Below, piece after piece: positions 8,602 through 18,800 of a stretch of DNA of 50,262 bases. The translations under genes were made by a program, and so were the position numbers. Under the pieces are notes generated by a model, which searched no databases, had not been told where the DNA came from, and saw only the letters and a list, made by a program, of their open reading frames with translations. Position 1 is the first letter of the stretch, and each line of letters opens with the position of its first letter. This DNA is from a virus (Duplodnaviria > Caudoviricetes): positions 1-50,262 of IMG/VR virus record IMGVR_UViG_3300009181_000109, one strand, 5' to 3'.

Positions 8602-11422
8602 AAATGCATATGACGTAGAAGATGCTGGCGGTGGTTATACAGTAGCCGCACCGTTCCCCGGCGCAGATACGGATCCAAATACCAACCCCAACACTAGTAC
8701 CGGCCCCAATTCACCGTTTACACGCGGTGATGTTTTTACAAACCAAACTGTGATGGATCCATCTGCTGGTATAGCAGGGCTAAAGAAGTTTGTAACAGAT
8801 AACAAAGCATTTATAACTGGTGCAGGCGCGTTGGCTAGTGTCTATGGTGGCGGTACAAACGCTGATAAGAAGACAGGCTACCAAGGCGTTATTCCTACAT
8901 TAGCCGCTTCTCGTTCAATGATTGCCGCTCCTCCTACCCGTGCACAAGGCTACCGTCCCGGCGCAGGTGGGATTGATTATGGTGGTGATGTATCCTACAC
9001 GCTTGCTCCGGGTCAAGCTCCTTATGCCAATCTGTCAGGAACTTCAGGTTCTGCGGCTGGTGCAAATTTAACCACTCCCGGCGACACAACTTCCGGAGGT
9101 TTAACCACTATTGCAGGCGGCACAACTCCCGGTGGCACAACCGTGACTCCCGGTGGCACAAAAGTAGTAACCCCCCCATTACCCAAAACAATAACACCTT
9201 TACCACTTGATGTTAAGCCTCCACCACCTACCAACCTAGGTTCTAAGGGATACCAAGCCGCTATTGCGGCAGGACTTACTCCCGCCCAATATTTAGGCAA
9301 TATTAATCAATGGCTTATTGATAATCCCCGTGCAAGTAAAGCGCAAGTTGATGCCGCCATGAGCCAGTTTGGCGTAAGCCAAGAAGATTTGCAAACGGCT
9401 TTAGGAACCACAAACTTTTCAGACTACACAAAGTATGGTTTGACTCATGGTCAAGGTTTGCAAGAGTTGAATTTCAAGATTGCTGATTGGGTTTCTCAAC
9501 ACCCATATGCAACAAACAAAGAGATACAAGATGCAATGAAAGCCGCAGGAGTTAATGATGCGGATATTGCCCGTGGTTTAAACGGCCTGTCAGCCTCTGC
9601 TGGCAAAGAATCTGCAATCATTAATGACATGGGCTTAGATCAGTTGTACAAGAATATCTTGGACTACCAAGCCGCAGGTCATTCTTCTGCTGAAGTTGCC
9701 GCCGCATTAGCGGCTACGGGACTTGATCAACGTGATATCAATGCCGCTAATAAATTTGCCACGGCGCAAAATTACACCGCTAATCCTACATCTGCGGCGG
9801 CTACTGTTAACTATCTACCCACTACTAATGTAGCGGATACTTCTACACCACCTCCTCCTACTAAAGTGGCTGATGTTGTGCAAGCCGCATCAACACCTAC
9901 AGCGGTTCAAAATACTGCGCCTGACAACTCAGGCAAGATGAGCGAGATTTATCAGTATTTTGCCGACCCCTCAACACAAGCCGCACTTGCCTCTGGTAAT
10001 ACACGAGGTATTGCTGAAACCATGCAAGCTTTGGGTTATTCTCCAGCCGAAGTAGCACAAGCTACAGGTTCAAATGTGGCTGATGTTCAGGCCGCATATG
10101 ATGCGGCTCTTGGTTCTAATAAGGTTGGATTTTATGATCCTTACAGCGAAGCATTTGCCGAGGGTGGTATGGCTAAAGGTCGTTATCTACAAGGTGAAAC
10201 AGATGGCATGGCAGATAAACTTCCAGCCCAAATTGGTAATGACCAACCCGCCGCTTTAAGCCATGGTGAGTTTGTTATCCCTGCGGATGTGGTTTCCCAT
10301 ATGGGTAACGGCAACTCTGATGCCGGAGCTAAGAAGCTTTATCAAATGATGGACAAAATTCGTATGGCACGTACAGGTACAAAGAAACAAGGTAAACGTA
10401 TCAACCCTGATAAGTTTATGCCCGGTGGATTGGCTCAAGCTTACGCTTCAGGTGGCTCAGTTAAGCACTTTGACAATGGTGGTTCCACAGGAACTCCTGC
10501 GGCTAACTACGGCGCAGGTCTTGCAGGCGTTGAATCTAACCTATCCAACTGGGCAGGCCCATATGTAACCAACATGCTTGGTCAAGGCCAAGCCTTGGCT
10601 AACATGCCTTATCAGGCTTACATGGGTCAGTTGTCTGCGGGTGAATCTCCTTTACAGACTTCAGCATTCAGCAATGCTTCCAATCTACAAACACCGTCTA
10701 GCATTGGTACTGCCGCTACAAACGCAGGAACTATTGGTACTGCGGCTCAAGGGTTGAAGTACACGCCTACAACCACATCGTTTGATGCGGCACAGGCTCA
10801 GAATTACATGAACCCCTATTTGCAGGCTTCTTTGAATCCTCAACTAGATGAAGCTCGCCGTCAGTCTCAGATTACCCAACAAGGTAATGCCGCCAAGATG
10901 ACTCAGGCAGGTGCTTTTGGAGGCTCCCGTCAGGCTATCCTTGATGCCGAAACACAGCGTAACTTAGGCACTAACCTAGCTAATATCACTGGTCAGGGCT
11001 ATAACACTGCGTTTAACAATGCACAACAGCAGTTCAATGCTGATCAGACCCGTAAGATGCAAGAAGCTCAATACGGTGCAGGCTACGGTTTGCAGGGTCT
11101 ACAGGCAGGCTTACAAGCCGCCACGGCTCAAGGCGCTTTGGGCGTTCAACAGAACCAAGCCGACATTAATAACCTCAACGCACAACTGACCGCTGGCGGT
11201 CAACAACGTGGCATTGAGTCTGAAGGTATTGCCGCAGACAAAGCACAGTTTGAAGAAGCTAGGGCCAATCCTTATAAGATGGTTCAGTACCAACAGTCTT
11301 TATTGCAAGGCCTGCCTTTGGCGGCTCAGAGCTATCAAGGTATTGAGCCTTCTGCGTTGCTTAAAGCTTCTCAAGGTGCTTCCACCGTTAATGCTTTGTT
11401 AAAGAATCTTGGCCTAGCCTGA
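8594..11422 (+). CDS. DNA transfer / ejection protein
   Basis: GETDGMADKLPA...LSHGEFVIPADVV domain and C-terminal YMNPY...AGAFGGSRQAI Gln/Ala-rich region typical of podovirus ejection proteins. Confidence 0.7.
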   Translation: MDENAYDVEDAGGGYTVAAPFPGADTDPNTNPNTSTGPNSPFTRGDVFTNQTVMDPSAGIAGLKKFVTDNKAFITGAGALASVYGGGTNADKKTGYQGVIPTLAASRSMIAAPPTRAQGYRPGAGGIDYGGDVSYTLAPGQAPYANLSGTSGSAAGANLTTPGDTTSGGLTTIAGGTTPGGTTVTPGGTKVVTPPLPKTITPLPLDVKPPPPTNLGSKGYQAAIAAGLTPAQYLGNINQWLIDNPRASKAQVDAAMSQFGVSQEDLQTALGTTNFSDYTKYGLTHGQGLQELNFKIADWVSQHPYATNKEIQDAMKAAGVNDADIARGLNGLSASAGKESAIINDMGLDQLYKNILDYQAAGHSSAEVAAALAATGLDQRDINAANKFATAQNYTANPTSAAATVNYLPTTNVADTSTPPPPTKVADVVQAASTPTAVQNTAPDNSGKMSEIYQYFADPSTQAALASGNTRGIAETMQALGYSPAEVAQATGSNVADVQAAYDAALGSNKVGFYDPYSEAFAEGGMAKGRYLQGETDGMADKLPAQIGNDQPAALSHGEFVIPADVVSHMGNGNSDAGAKKLYQMMDKIRMARTGTKKQGKRINPDKFMPGGLAQAYASGGSVKHFDNGGSTGTPAANYGAGLAGVESNLSNWAGPYVTNMLGQGQALANMPYQAYMGQLSAGESPLQTSAFSNASNLQTPSSIGTAATNAGTIGTAAQGLKYTPTTTSFDAAQAQNYMNPYLQASLNPQLDEARRQSQITQQGNAAKMTQAGAFGGSRQAILDAETQRNLGTNLANITGQGYNTAFNNAQQQFNADQTRKMQEAQYGAGYGLQGLQAGLQAATAQGALGVQQNQADINNLNAQLTAGGQQRGIESEGIAADKAQFEEARANPYKMVQYQQSLLQGLPLAAQSYQGIEPSALLKASQGASTVNALLKNLGLA

Positions 11423-11433
11423 AGGATATTTAA

Positions 11434-12861
11434 ATGTTTACACCTCCATCCGTCAATCAGATTGCCTCAGCATATCAAGGCAACCCTGCGCCCTTGGCTC
11501 AGAAAGTTGACCAAGATAAAAAACAACATGGTGGAATCCCACAGGATTTGCGCCAGCTTCTTGCTTTAAACGACATCAACCAGATGCGTCAGGGTGCTGG
11601 TATTCAGGCCGCTTTAAACGCTCCTCCTAACATGCCAACAGTTGCAGAAGATGTTCAGGCCAAGGCCAAGCAGGCTTTACAGGCTCGTATGGTTCAGGAG
11701 GCTCAGAAGCAAATGGCTAAAGATGGCAGACCCGGTATTGTTCCTATGGGAGTTCCACAACCTAGACCTCAACCTGAGGAACAGGGCATTGATAGCCTAA
11801 CCTCTAATGTGGGCGAATCCTATTTCCATGGCGGGGTAGTCTCGTTTGATGAGGGTGGCCCAACACCAGACACAAGAAGCGCAGACGACATTCTTCGTGA
11901 ACAGATGCGTGTAAACGAGGAAGCTAAACGTACAGCCGCTATTGAGCGTCAAAGGGCTGAAGTTGGTGCTCCCGACACGACGCAGATTGATCGCTTAATT
12001 GCTGAGAACCAAGCACGTAAGGAGAAGCTTGCTCCTCCTAAACCCGGCTATGACGCAGTGATGGAGTATCTTGAGCAGGTTGCCAATGCTCCAGTTAGTA
12101 CCCGCTCTAGTGCGGCGGCTGGCTCTTATGGTGCACAGCAACAAAGAGCATTGCAGAAAGCCCGTGAAGCAGAACAGAACACCTTGACTGACAAAATGAT
12201 TGATCTGGCTCAGAGGAAGTCTGACACTGGCTATCAGTATAAGAAAGAACTGTACCAGACAGGTAACACTGCCGCTGAAGCCGCTATCAAGCAGAAGTAC
12301 GATGCGGCTATCCAAGTGGCTAGAACAGATCAAGAAAAGCTTAAGTTGGCTCAAGAGAAAGATCTTGAACTTAAGAAGCTTGCTATTGAGCGTGACAAAG
12401 TTGGCGTTATGAAAATTAACCCAGCTTTGCAAATTGCAGATGCCCTCCAAAAAGCCGACCCAGATCGTTTAAATGCTATCAGAGAAGGTATTGCAAGCGT
12501 GTATGGAAATAGAACTGGTCAAGCAGATGCCGCATTGCTTGGTCAATACGAAAGAGCAATTAAAGAACACGATACAAAATATAAAGATGATCCACGCCAG
12601 TATCAAAAAGCTGAAAAAGAAGCGTGGAAAACTGAGAAAGCCGCCGATCTTGAAGGTATTAATAAGCATTATTCTAAGTACAACATTGGCCCACTAGCTG
12701 AAAAAGGCTTGCCTTCTGCCGTTCCCGGCGCAACTCCAAGTGCAACTCCTAGTGCGACTCCAACCGCTGGAGGATATACTGTTACGGCAGGAGGAATGGT
12801 TCACACATTCCCAACCCAAGCGGCGGCTGATGCGTTTAGACTAGCTAGTGGAGCAAAATAA
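11434..12861 (+). CDS. Putative ejection protein, coiled-coil
   Basis: Ala/Gln/Lys-rich helical protein between two ejection-type genes. Confidence 0.6.
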   Translation: MFTPPSVNQIASAYQGNPAPLAQKVDQDKKQHGGIPQDLRQLLALNDINQMRQGAGIQAALNAPPNMPTVAEDVQAKAKQALQARMVQEAQKQMAKDGRPGIVPMGVPQPRPQPEEQGIDSLTSNVGESYFHGGVVSFDEGGPTPDTRSADDILREQMRVNEEAKRTAAIERQRAEVGAPDTTQIDRLIAENQARKEKLAPPKPGYDAVMEYLEQVANAPVSTRSSAAAGSYGAQQQRALQKAREAEQNTLTDKMIDLAQRKSDTGYQYKKELYQTGNTAAEAAIKQKYDAAIQVARTDQEKLKLAQEKDLELKKLAIERDKVGVMKINPALQIADALQKADPDRLNAIREGIASVYGNRTGQADAALLGQYERAIKEHDTKYKDDPRQYQKAEKEAWKTEKAADLEGINKHYSKYNIGPLAEKGLPSAVPGATPSATPSATPTAGGYTVTAGGMVHTFPTQAAADAFRLASGAK

Positions 12862-15800
12862 TGGATCTAGAAGAACTGGCAAAACAGTATGGCGGTGTTT
12901 CAACCAAAATTGAACCAGTTAATCTAGAGAAATTAGCCAAAGAGCTAGGCGGTACGTCACGCCCCGTTAAAGAGCGCACAGTTACTGAAGCCTTTACCGA
13001 CCCTGCGGCTAAGTTTGCCTCAGGCATTGGCTCATTAATTCAGTTCCCCGGTCAGATCTATGGCCTGACTACAGGTGCTATCAAAGAGAAAGACTTTGGA
13101 ACCACTGGCCTGCAAGGCCTAGGTCAAGAATTACAGGACTATGCCAAGAAGAAGCTTTCTGAAAAGCTTGTATCTGAAGAAGCAGAAACTGCCCGTAAGG
13201 TTGAAGAAGCCGAGAAAAAGGGTGTTCTTTCAGCCTTAGGCACTCAGTTTGGTGAAGTCCTTAAGAACCCTTTAACTCAGGGTATCGGTTTTGCCGCAGA
13301 GCAACTTCCTCAGGCTATCCCTTCTATTCTTGCCGCCGCTATTCCCGGTGTTGGCCCTGCCGCCGCCGCAGAGTTACGTGCCGCTCAGACTGCCGCCAAG
13401 GCCGCAGTCGGTAATGCCGCTAAAGAAAAAGCCGCCAAAGCCATTGTTGATTTAGCTGAAGATGCCGCTAAAAAATCCCAAATAGCTCGTGGTACTGCCG
13501 CCGCTATTGGCACTGGAGCCGCCCAACAGGGCGCAGACATCGGCTCAGGTAGCTTTGAGGAGATCAAACAGTACCTGATGAAGGAAAAAGGCATGTCCGA
13601 GCCTCAGGCTTCGGCAGAGGCTTTAAACCTTGCCAGAGCCTCCGGAGTAAGTGGTGCGGCTATTTCCCTTTTGGCACAGAAATTACCCGGTGCACAAGCC
13701 CTAGAACGTGCCCTTGCAGGCGAAAGACTTGGTACAGGTCGTATTAAAGGTGCAATCGCTGGCGCTCTTAAGAATATCCCTGAGGAAATGGTTGAAGAGG
13801 GTGGCGGTAAAGTTACCCAGAACCTTGCCTTGCGTGAAGTCAATCCAGAGCAAAGTCTCACTGCCGGACTAGGACAAACCCTAGGTCAAGCCGCTTTAGG
13901 CGCAGGCCTTATCGGTGGTGGTGCAGGTGCTATCTCTGGTGGTAAACCCACAATTAATCCTGAAGATGTCAAGAACGCAGAGTTTGAGAAGCGCAGGGCT
14001 GAAGACACCAAACTAGCTGAAGAAAAGCGGGCAGTAATCTCCAAGCAGATGGAGGTTGTTAAGAACCCTATTGGTGCTTTGACAGAGGCTGACCTTGGCC
14101 CTGAGTTAACCTCATATGTAAACGAGCACCGGACAGCAACAGGTAAGCCTACGCTATCTGCGTACAGTTTGGATGATGTGGTTGATGCCCTGCCGGGCAA
14201 AGATGTAGCTAAAGAGACTGCCGCTTTAAACGCATTGATCGCCCAGAAGACCGGTCACACAGATCAGGTTTACACGCCTGACGCGGTAACTGCGCTGGCT
14301 ACTGAAAAGAATGTGGATGTAAACGCTCCCGGGTTTGGGGACTTCCTTTCTAGATCAACTGGCATCGCTGATCTTGCTCAGATGTCTCAGCCCCAGTTGC
14401 ATTCTGCGGTTACAGCCCTACAGAAGCTCCCTACATTTGAGACTAAGCAAGCCCTACCCGAAGGCACTAACGCTACACGCTACACACCTGAACAAGTTAC
14501 ACAGGCTGTAGATGCTTTAAACGCCAAGATGGATGAAGTTGGTAAGGATGAGTTAACGTTTAAAGAAACAACAACAGCCATAGAGACGGCCACAGGACTA
14601 AAGGGTTCTGCCGTTAATGCCTTGCTTAACGATGCAACTAAGAACGGAAGTATTGTCACGGAAGACAAGAAAGTTAGTGTTCCCTCACGTACCACACCTA
14701 CTGGATACAACATTCAGGAGGAAGTTGGGCAAGAAGAAGAGCAGGCAGAATCTTATGATGTCATGAGCGGTGACCAAAAGGTTCGCTCTATGGACACCAT
14801 GGAGCAAGCCAATACTCATGCTGAGAAACTAAACAGTTTTGCACAGGGTGAACTTAAGAAAACGCAAGAAGCTTTAAAGGCTCAAGACGCAAAGATTACT
14901 AAGTCCGAGAACGAACTGCACAAGTTTGAACTCAATGGGTTGGTTGATACCCCCGCATATAAGGTTGCAGAAGAAGCGCACCAAGCCGTGCTAGACGAGG
15001 CTATGCCCGTCATTGCTAACCTTAAGAATCAAGAAGAGATCTATAGCAGGCCTGTCACTGTTGTGCCTGTTGGCACAAAGAAGGTTACGCCCAAGACATA
15101 CCGAGTTACCAAGGGTCAGGTTGTTAAAGGAACCAAGGCTACCCGTGAGGAAGCCGAGCAATCTATCTTTGAAGACCTGTCAGACAAAGAAATTCAAGAG
15201 TTGGCAAAAACCAAATCTCCTAAGTTAAAGGCTCGTTTAAACGCAGAGATTGCCCGCCGGTCTACAGCGCCAGCACCAGCACCTAGAACACCAGAACAAA
15301 CACAAGGGCTTCAAGCCGTACAAGCTTCCCTCCAATCCATGTTGGGACGGTTTGGCCTACAGGATGTAGCCCTAAAGATTGTTAATGCCATTGAACAGGG
15401 CGCAGATGGCTCCTATGCCGCTAAGGTTATCCAGTTAGCTATCGATGCACAGAACCCTGTAAGGGTTATGCGCCATGAAGCCCTCCATGCTTTAAAAGAA
15501 CTAGGGTTCTTTACTGATTCCCAGTGGGCTTCTTTAGAGCGTCAAGCTAAAGCTGAGTGGGTAGACAAGTACCTTAAGAACAATCAAACAAAGACATCCG
15601 ACGGGCGAGTTGTCAGCCGGTACGATGCCTATGTTGAGATGGGTTTAAACGAAGCAGACATTCTGGAAGAAGCAATCGCAGATGCCTTTGGTGACTTTGA
15701 TGCTAACAAGGCTCCTCCGGGAATGTTGACTGCGTTGCTGAACAAACTCCGCAACTTCTTCTCTACCCTCAAGTCATACCTCAATGGTCAAGGCTACGAG

Positions 15801-18800
15801 TCCTACAAGGACATCTTTGGCAAGATTGAGAAGGGTGAACTAAAACCTTCTAAGCCTGCCGAGGCAAACAAAGAAGTTAAGAAGTCGCTTACATCCTTTG
15901 GCGCTTTCTACGGGGATGAAAAACAGCCCGTTTATACGCCGCTGTCTACCCGTAACTTTATGGAGCAGGACATGACTGCGTCCCAGCAGGATCTTGGTTT
16001 AAACACCAAGGCCAAGCGTGGCATATTCAATAATGTCCGGGACATCGCCAGTGCTTTAAACCAATACACCATAGATCGTTTCGGCCAGATGGATCGAAGC
16101 AACTTGAGCGAAGAGCAATCTACTCAGCTTGCTAGGGCAATGGCAGATGAGGTTGCATTCCAATTGGGCACTCAAGCCACAACTGGTACAGGTCTGGGTT
16201 GGTATTCAAACAACTATCCCAAGGCGGTTAAACGCTTGGCAAGCCGTTTCCCTGAACTGAGCGATAACAAACACGCCCGTTCTGTATTCTCTGCATTGGT
16301 GGCAGTTACATCTAACGGTGAAAAGGTTAACAAGAACATTACTAACGCTATCACGCTGTATTCCAAACTGCGTGATGGTAAGCCTCTGATTGCCATGGGC
16401 AACCGTAGAGCTACCGCTCTTGAGAACAACCTCAAGATGATCCAAGACCTGCTTAATCTGCACGGCACAAAGTTTGAGAAGGTTCTCTTAGAAGAAATTA
16501 CGGTCAAAGAAATGAATGCCCGTCTGCGTGAGATGGGTGAAGACACTGATGGTAGCTACCTCAAGGACACGACTGTCCCTGCCGCCGCAGTCTACTTTGG
16601 GCCTAAGCTGGGTGCGTTCTACGCCAACCTCTCTGGCTCAGAGGGCTATCTCACCATGGATCTGTGGTGGACTCGCTCTGTCAACCGGATGCGTGGCTTG
16701 TTAATTCCTCAGGCAACTGAAGCGTCTATTAACAAGTTCCGTGACATGATGGAAATGCCTAGCGCAACCCGTGATGAAGTGATTGCCGCTACGATTCCCC
16801 TGCGTAATAAGTACGAGGAATACGGCTATAGCACTGAGCTTGAGCATTTGGCTAAGGGGAAAGAGCCTGCCAAGAAAGACAAGAAACCAGCATGGTTTAA
16901 GAAAGCCAAAGCCAAAGCCGGAGCCGCCTACGACCAACTGTTGTTTGAACACAACCTTGAGAAGATGGCTAACACCATCTACAAGAATGAATTTGAGATG
17001 CTGGAGGAAGCACCGTTTACAGCTACCGACCGCAAGTTCATGTATGACGCAGGCCGTAAAGCGCAAACTATGTTGCGTAAAGACGGCATTAATTTAACTT
17101 TAGCTGACATCCAAGCGGCTCTTTGGTATTATGAGAAACGCCTCTACGAAAAACTAAGCGGAAGGAAAGCCGATGACATCGGATACGAAGAAGCAATCAT
17201 CGCTCAGTCCGGAAAGACTACTGGACGAGCAAGACCCAGTGTGGTCTTCGATACAGAACTTAACGGCAGGGATGAATCCGGAGGAGCGGTCAAGAACGCT
17301 GAGGAACTTCGTGGGAAGTCTGACTACGGGCCAAAATACTCCCTCAGAGAAGCCGTACGATCCTATAGAGGACGCAATGAATCTGAACCCGGGACTCACA
17401 CGCGAGAAAGCATTGAAGATGGCGAAGGAATTCGGGTTCTAGGCGTAGCGCCAATTGCCCGATACAGACCTACTCAAGGGTTTAAAGACATCATCAGCGA
17501 CCACGGGTTTGAATCGCCCGTGTTCTATGAGATTAGCGGTGATGATGCTCAGACATATGCGGATGCCATTCAGGCATCCAAAGATTCAACTGAATATGGT
17601 GCGGCTGTCTTTGTGTATCCTGTAGAGGACTACGCCAAGATGCGCCTGTTCTTAACCCAAGATGGTAAGTCTGGCATTGCCCTTAAGAAAGACGATATTG
17701 TTTCCGTCTTCTCAGGTAAGCCACACAGAGGATCTGCCAACTCATCGCTCCAGTTAGCGGTACAAGAAGGCGGTAGAAGGCTTGACGCATTTGCCACAAT
17801 TCTTCCCACCCTTTACCACGCCAATGGGTTTAAAGCTGTTGGCCGCATGACTTGGAATGAAGAATACATACCTGACAACTGGAACAAGATAACATTTGAA
17901 GACTACAACAAGGGTGAGCCTGACGTTGTTTACATGTCATATGATCCGGACGACAGCACAACTTTGTTAGAAAATCCCGGCCCATACTACGACGACTCTG
18001 ATGAATTAGTAGCGGCACAAGTTAGGGCTGTAAAGAATTATTTTGAAGAAGGAGAAGGGTATGGATCTAGAAAACAAAATCAAAGAACTGGAAAACTCAA
18101 AGCCTCAGCGCAAGAACTTCCAGACCAACGAAGAGTACGAAGAGACATACAACTACTGGATGATGAGACAAGGGCAAAGTATCCGTACCTTGAAGAACCG
18201 GTTGAAGGATTACCAGCAAAAGTAAAAGTTGATGGTGTTGAAGTTACATTTGGCCCTTACATACCTGCAAGAGAAGCGGCTATTTTGTATGCGGAACAAA
18301 TGGGAATTCCATATCGCCAACAAGCTAGTTACCACAAACTAGATAAAAAGTTCTCTACATTGCTGGCTAACACATACGCTAGCATGTTAAACAGACCGCT
18401 TGCGTCAGAGGTAAAAGAAGCTTATCAAGCTTGGGCTAAGGAAACTATTGCTCAATACGAAGCCATGATTAAAACGGGCATAACAATTGAGTTTATGCCC
18501 AACAACAGGGATCCTTATGGAAACCCACGTAATGCAATACTTGATGTTTTAAACAACAATCATCTTTACGTTTTCCCTGCTGATGGTGGTTTTGGCAAAG
18601 ATGCCATTACTGAAAAACAAATCAGAATCAACCCTGCTTTAGCTTTAACAGATATTATTATTTCCGGCAGACAAGCCCGAGTAGTTGAGGTGTTTAGAGC
18701 AACGCATGATTTTTATGGTCATGTTAAGGAAGGTTTTGGATTTAGAGCAGAGGGTGAAGAGAACGCCTTCCAGTCTCACGTTAGGATGTATTCACCACTT

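Noticed and set aside
9070-9170. TPGG/TTPG short tandem repeats (also ATPS at about 12730-12765)
   Set aside because: Ordinary low-complexity protein linkers
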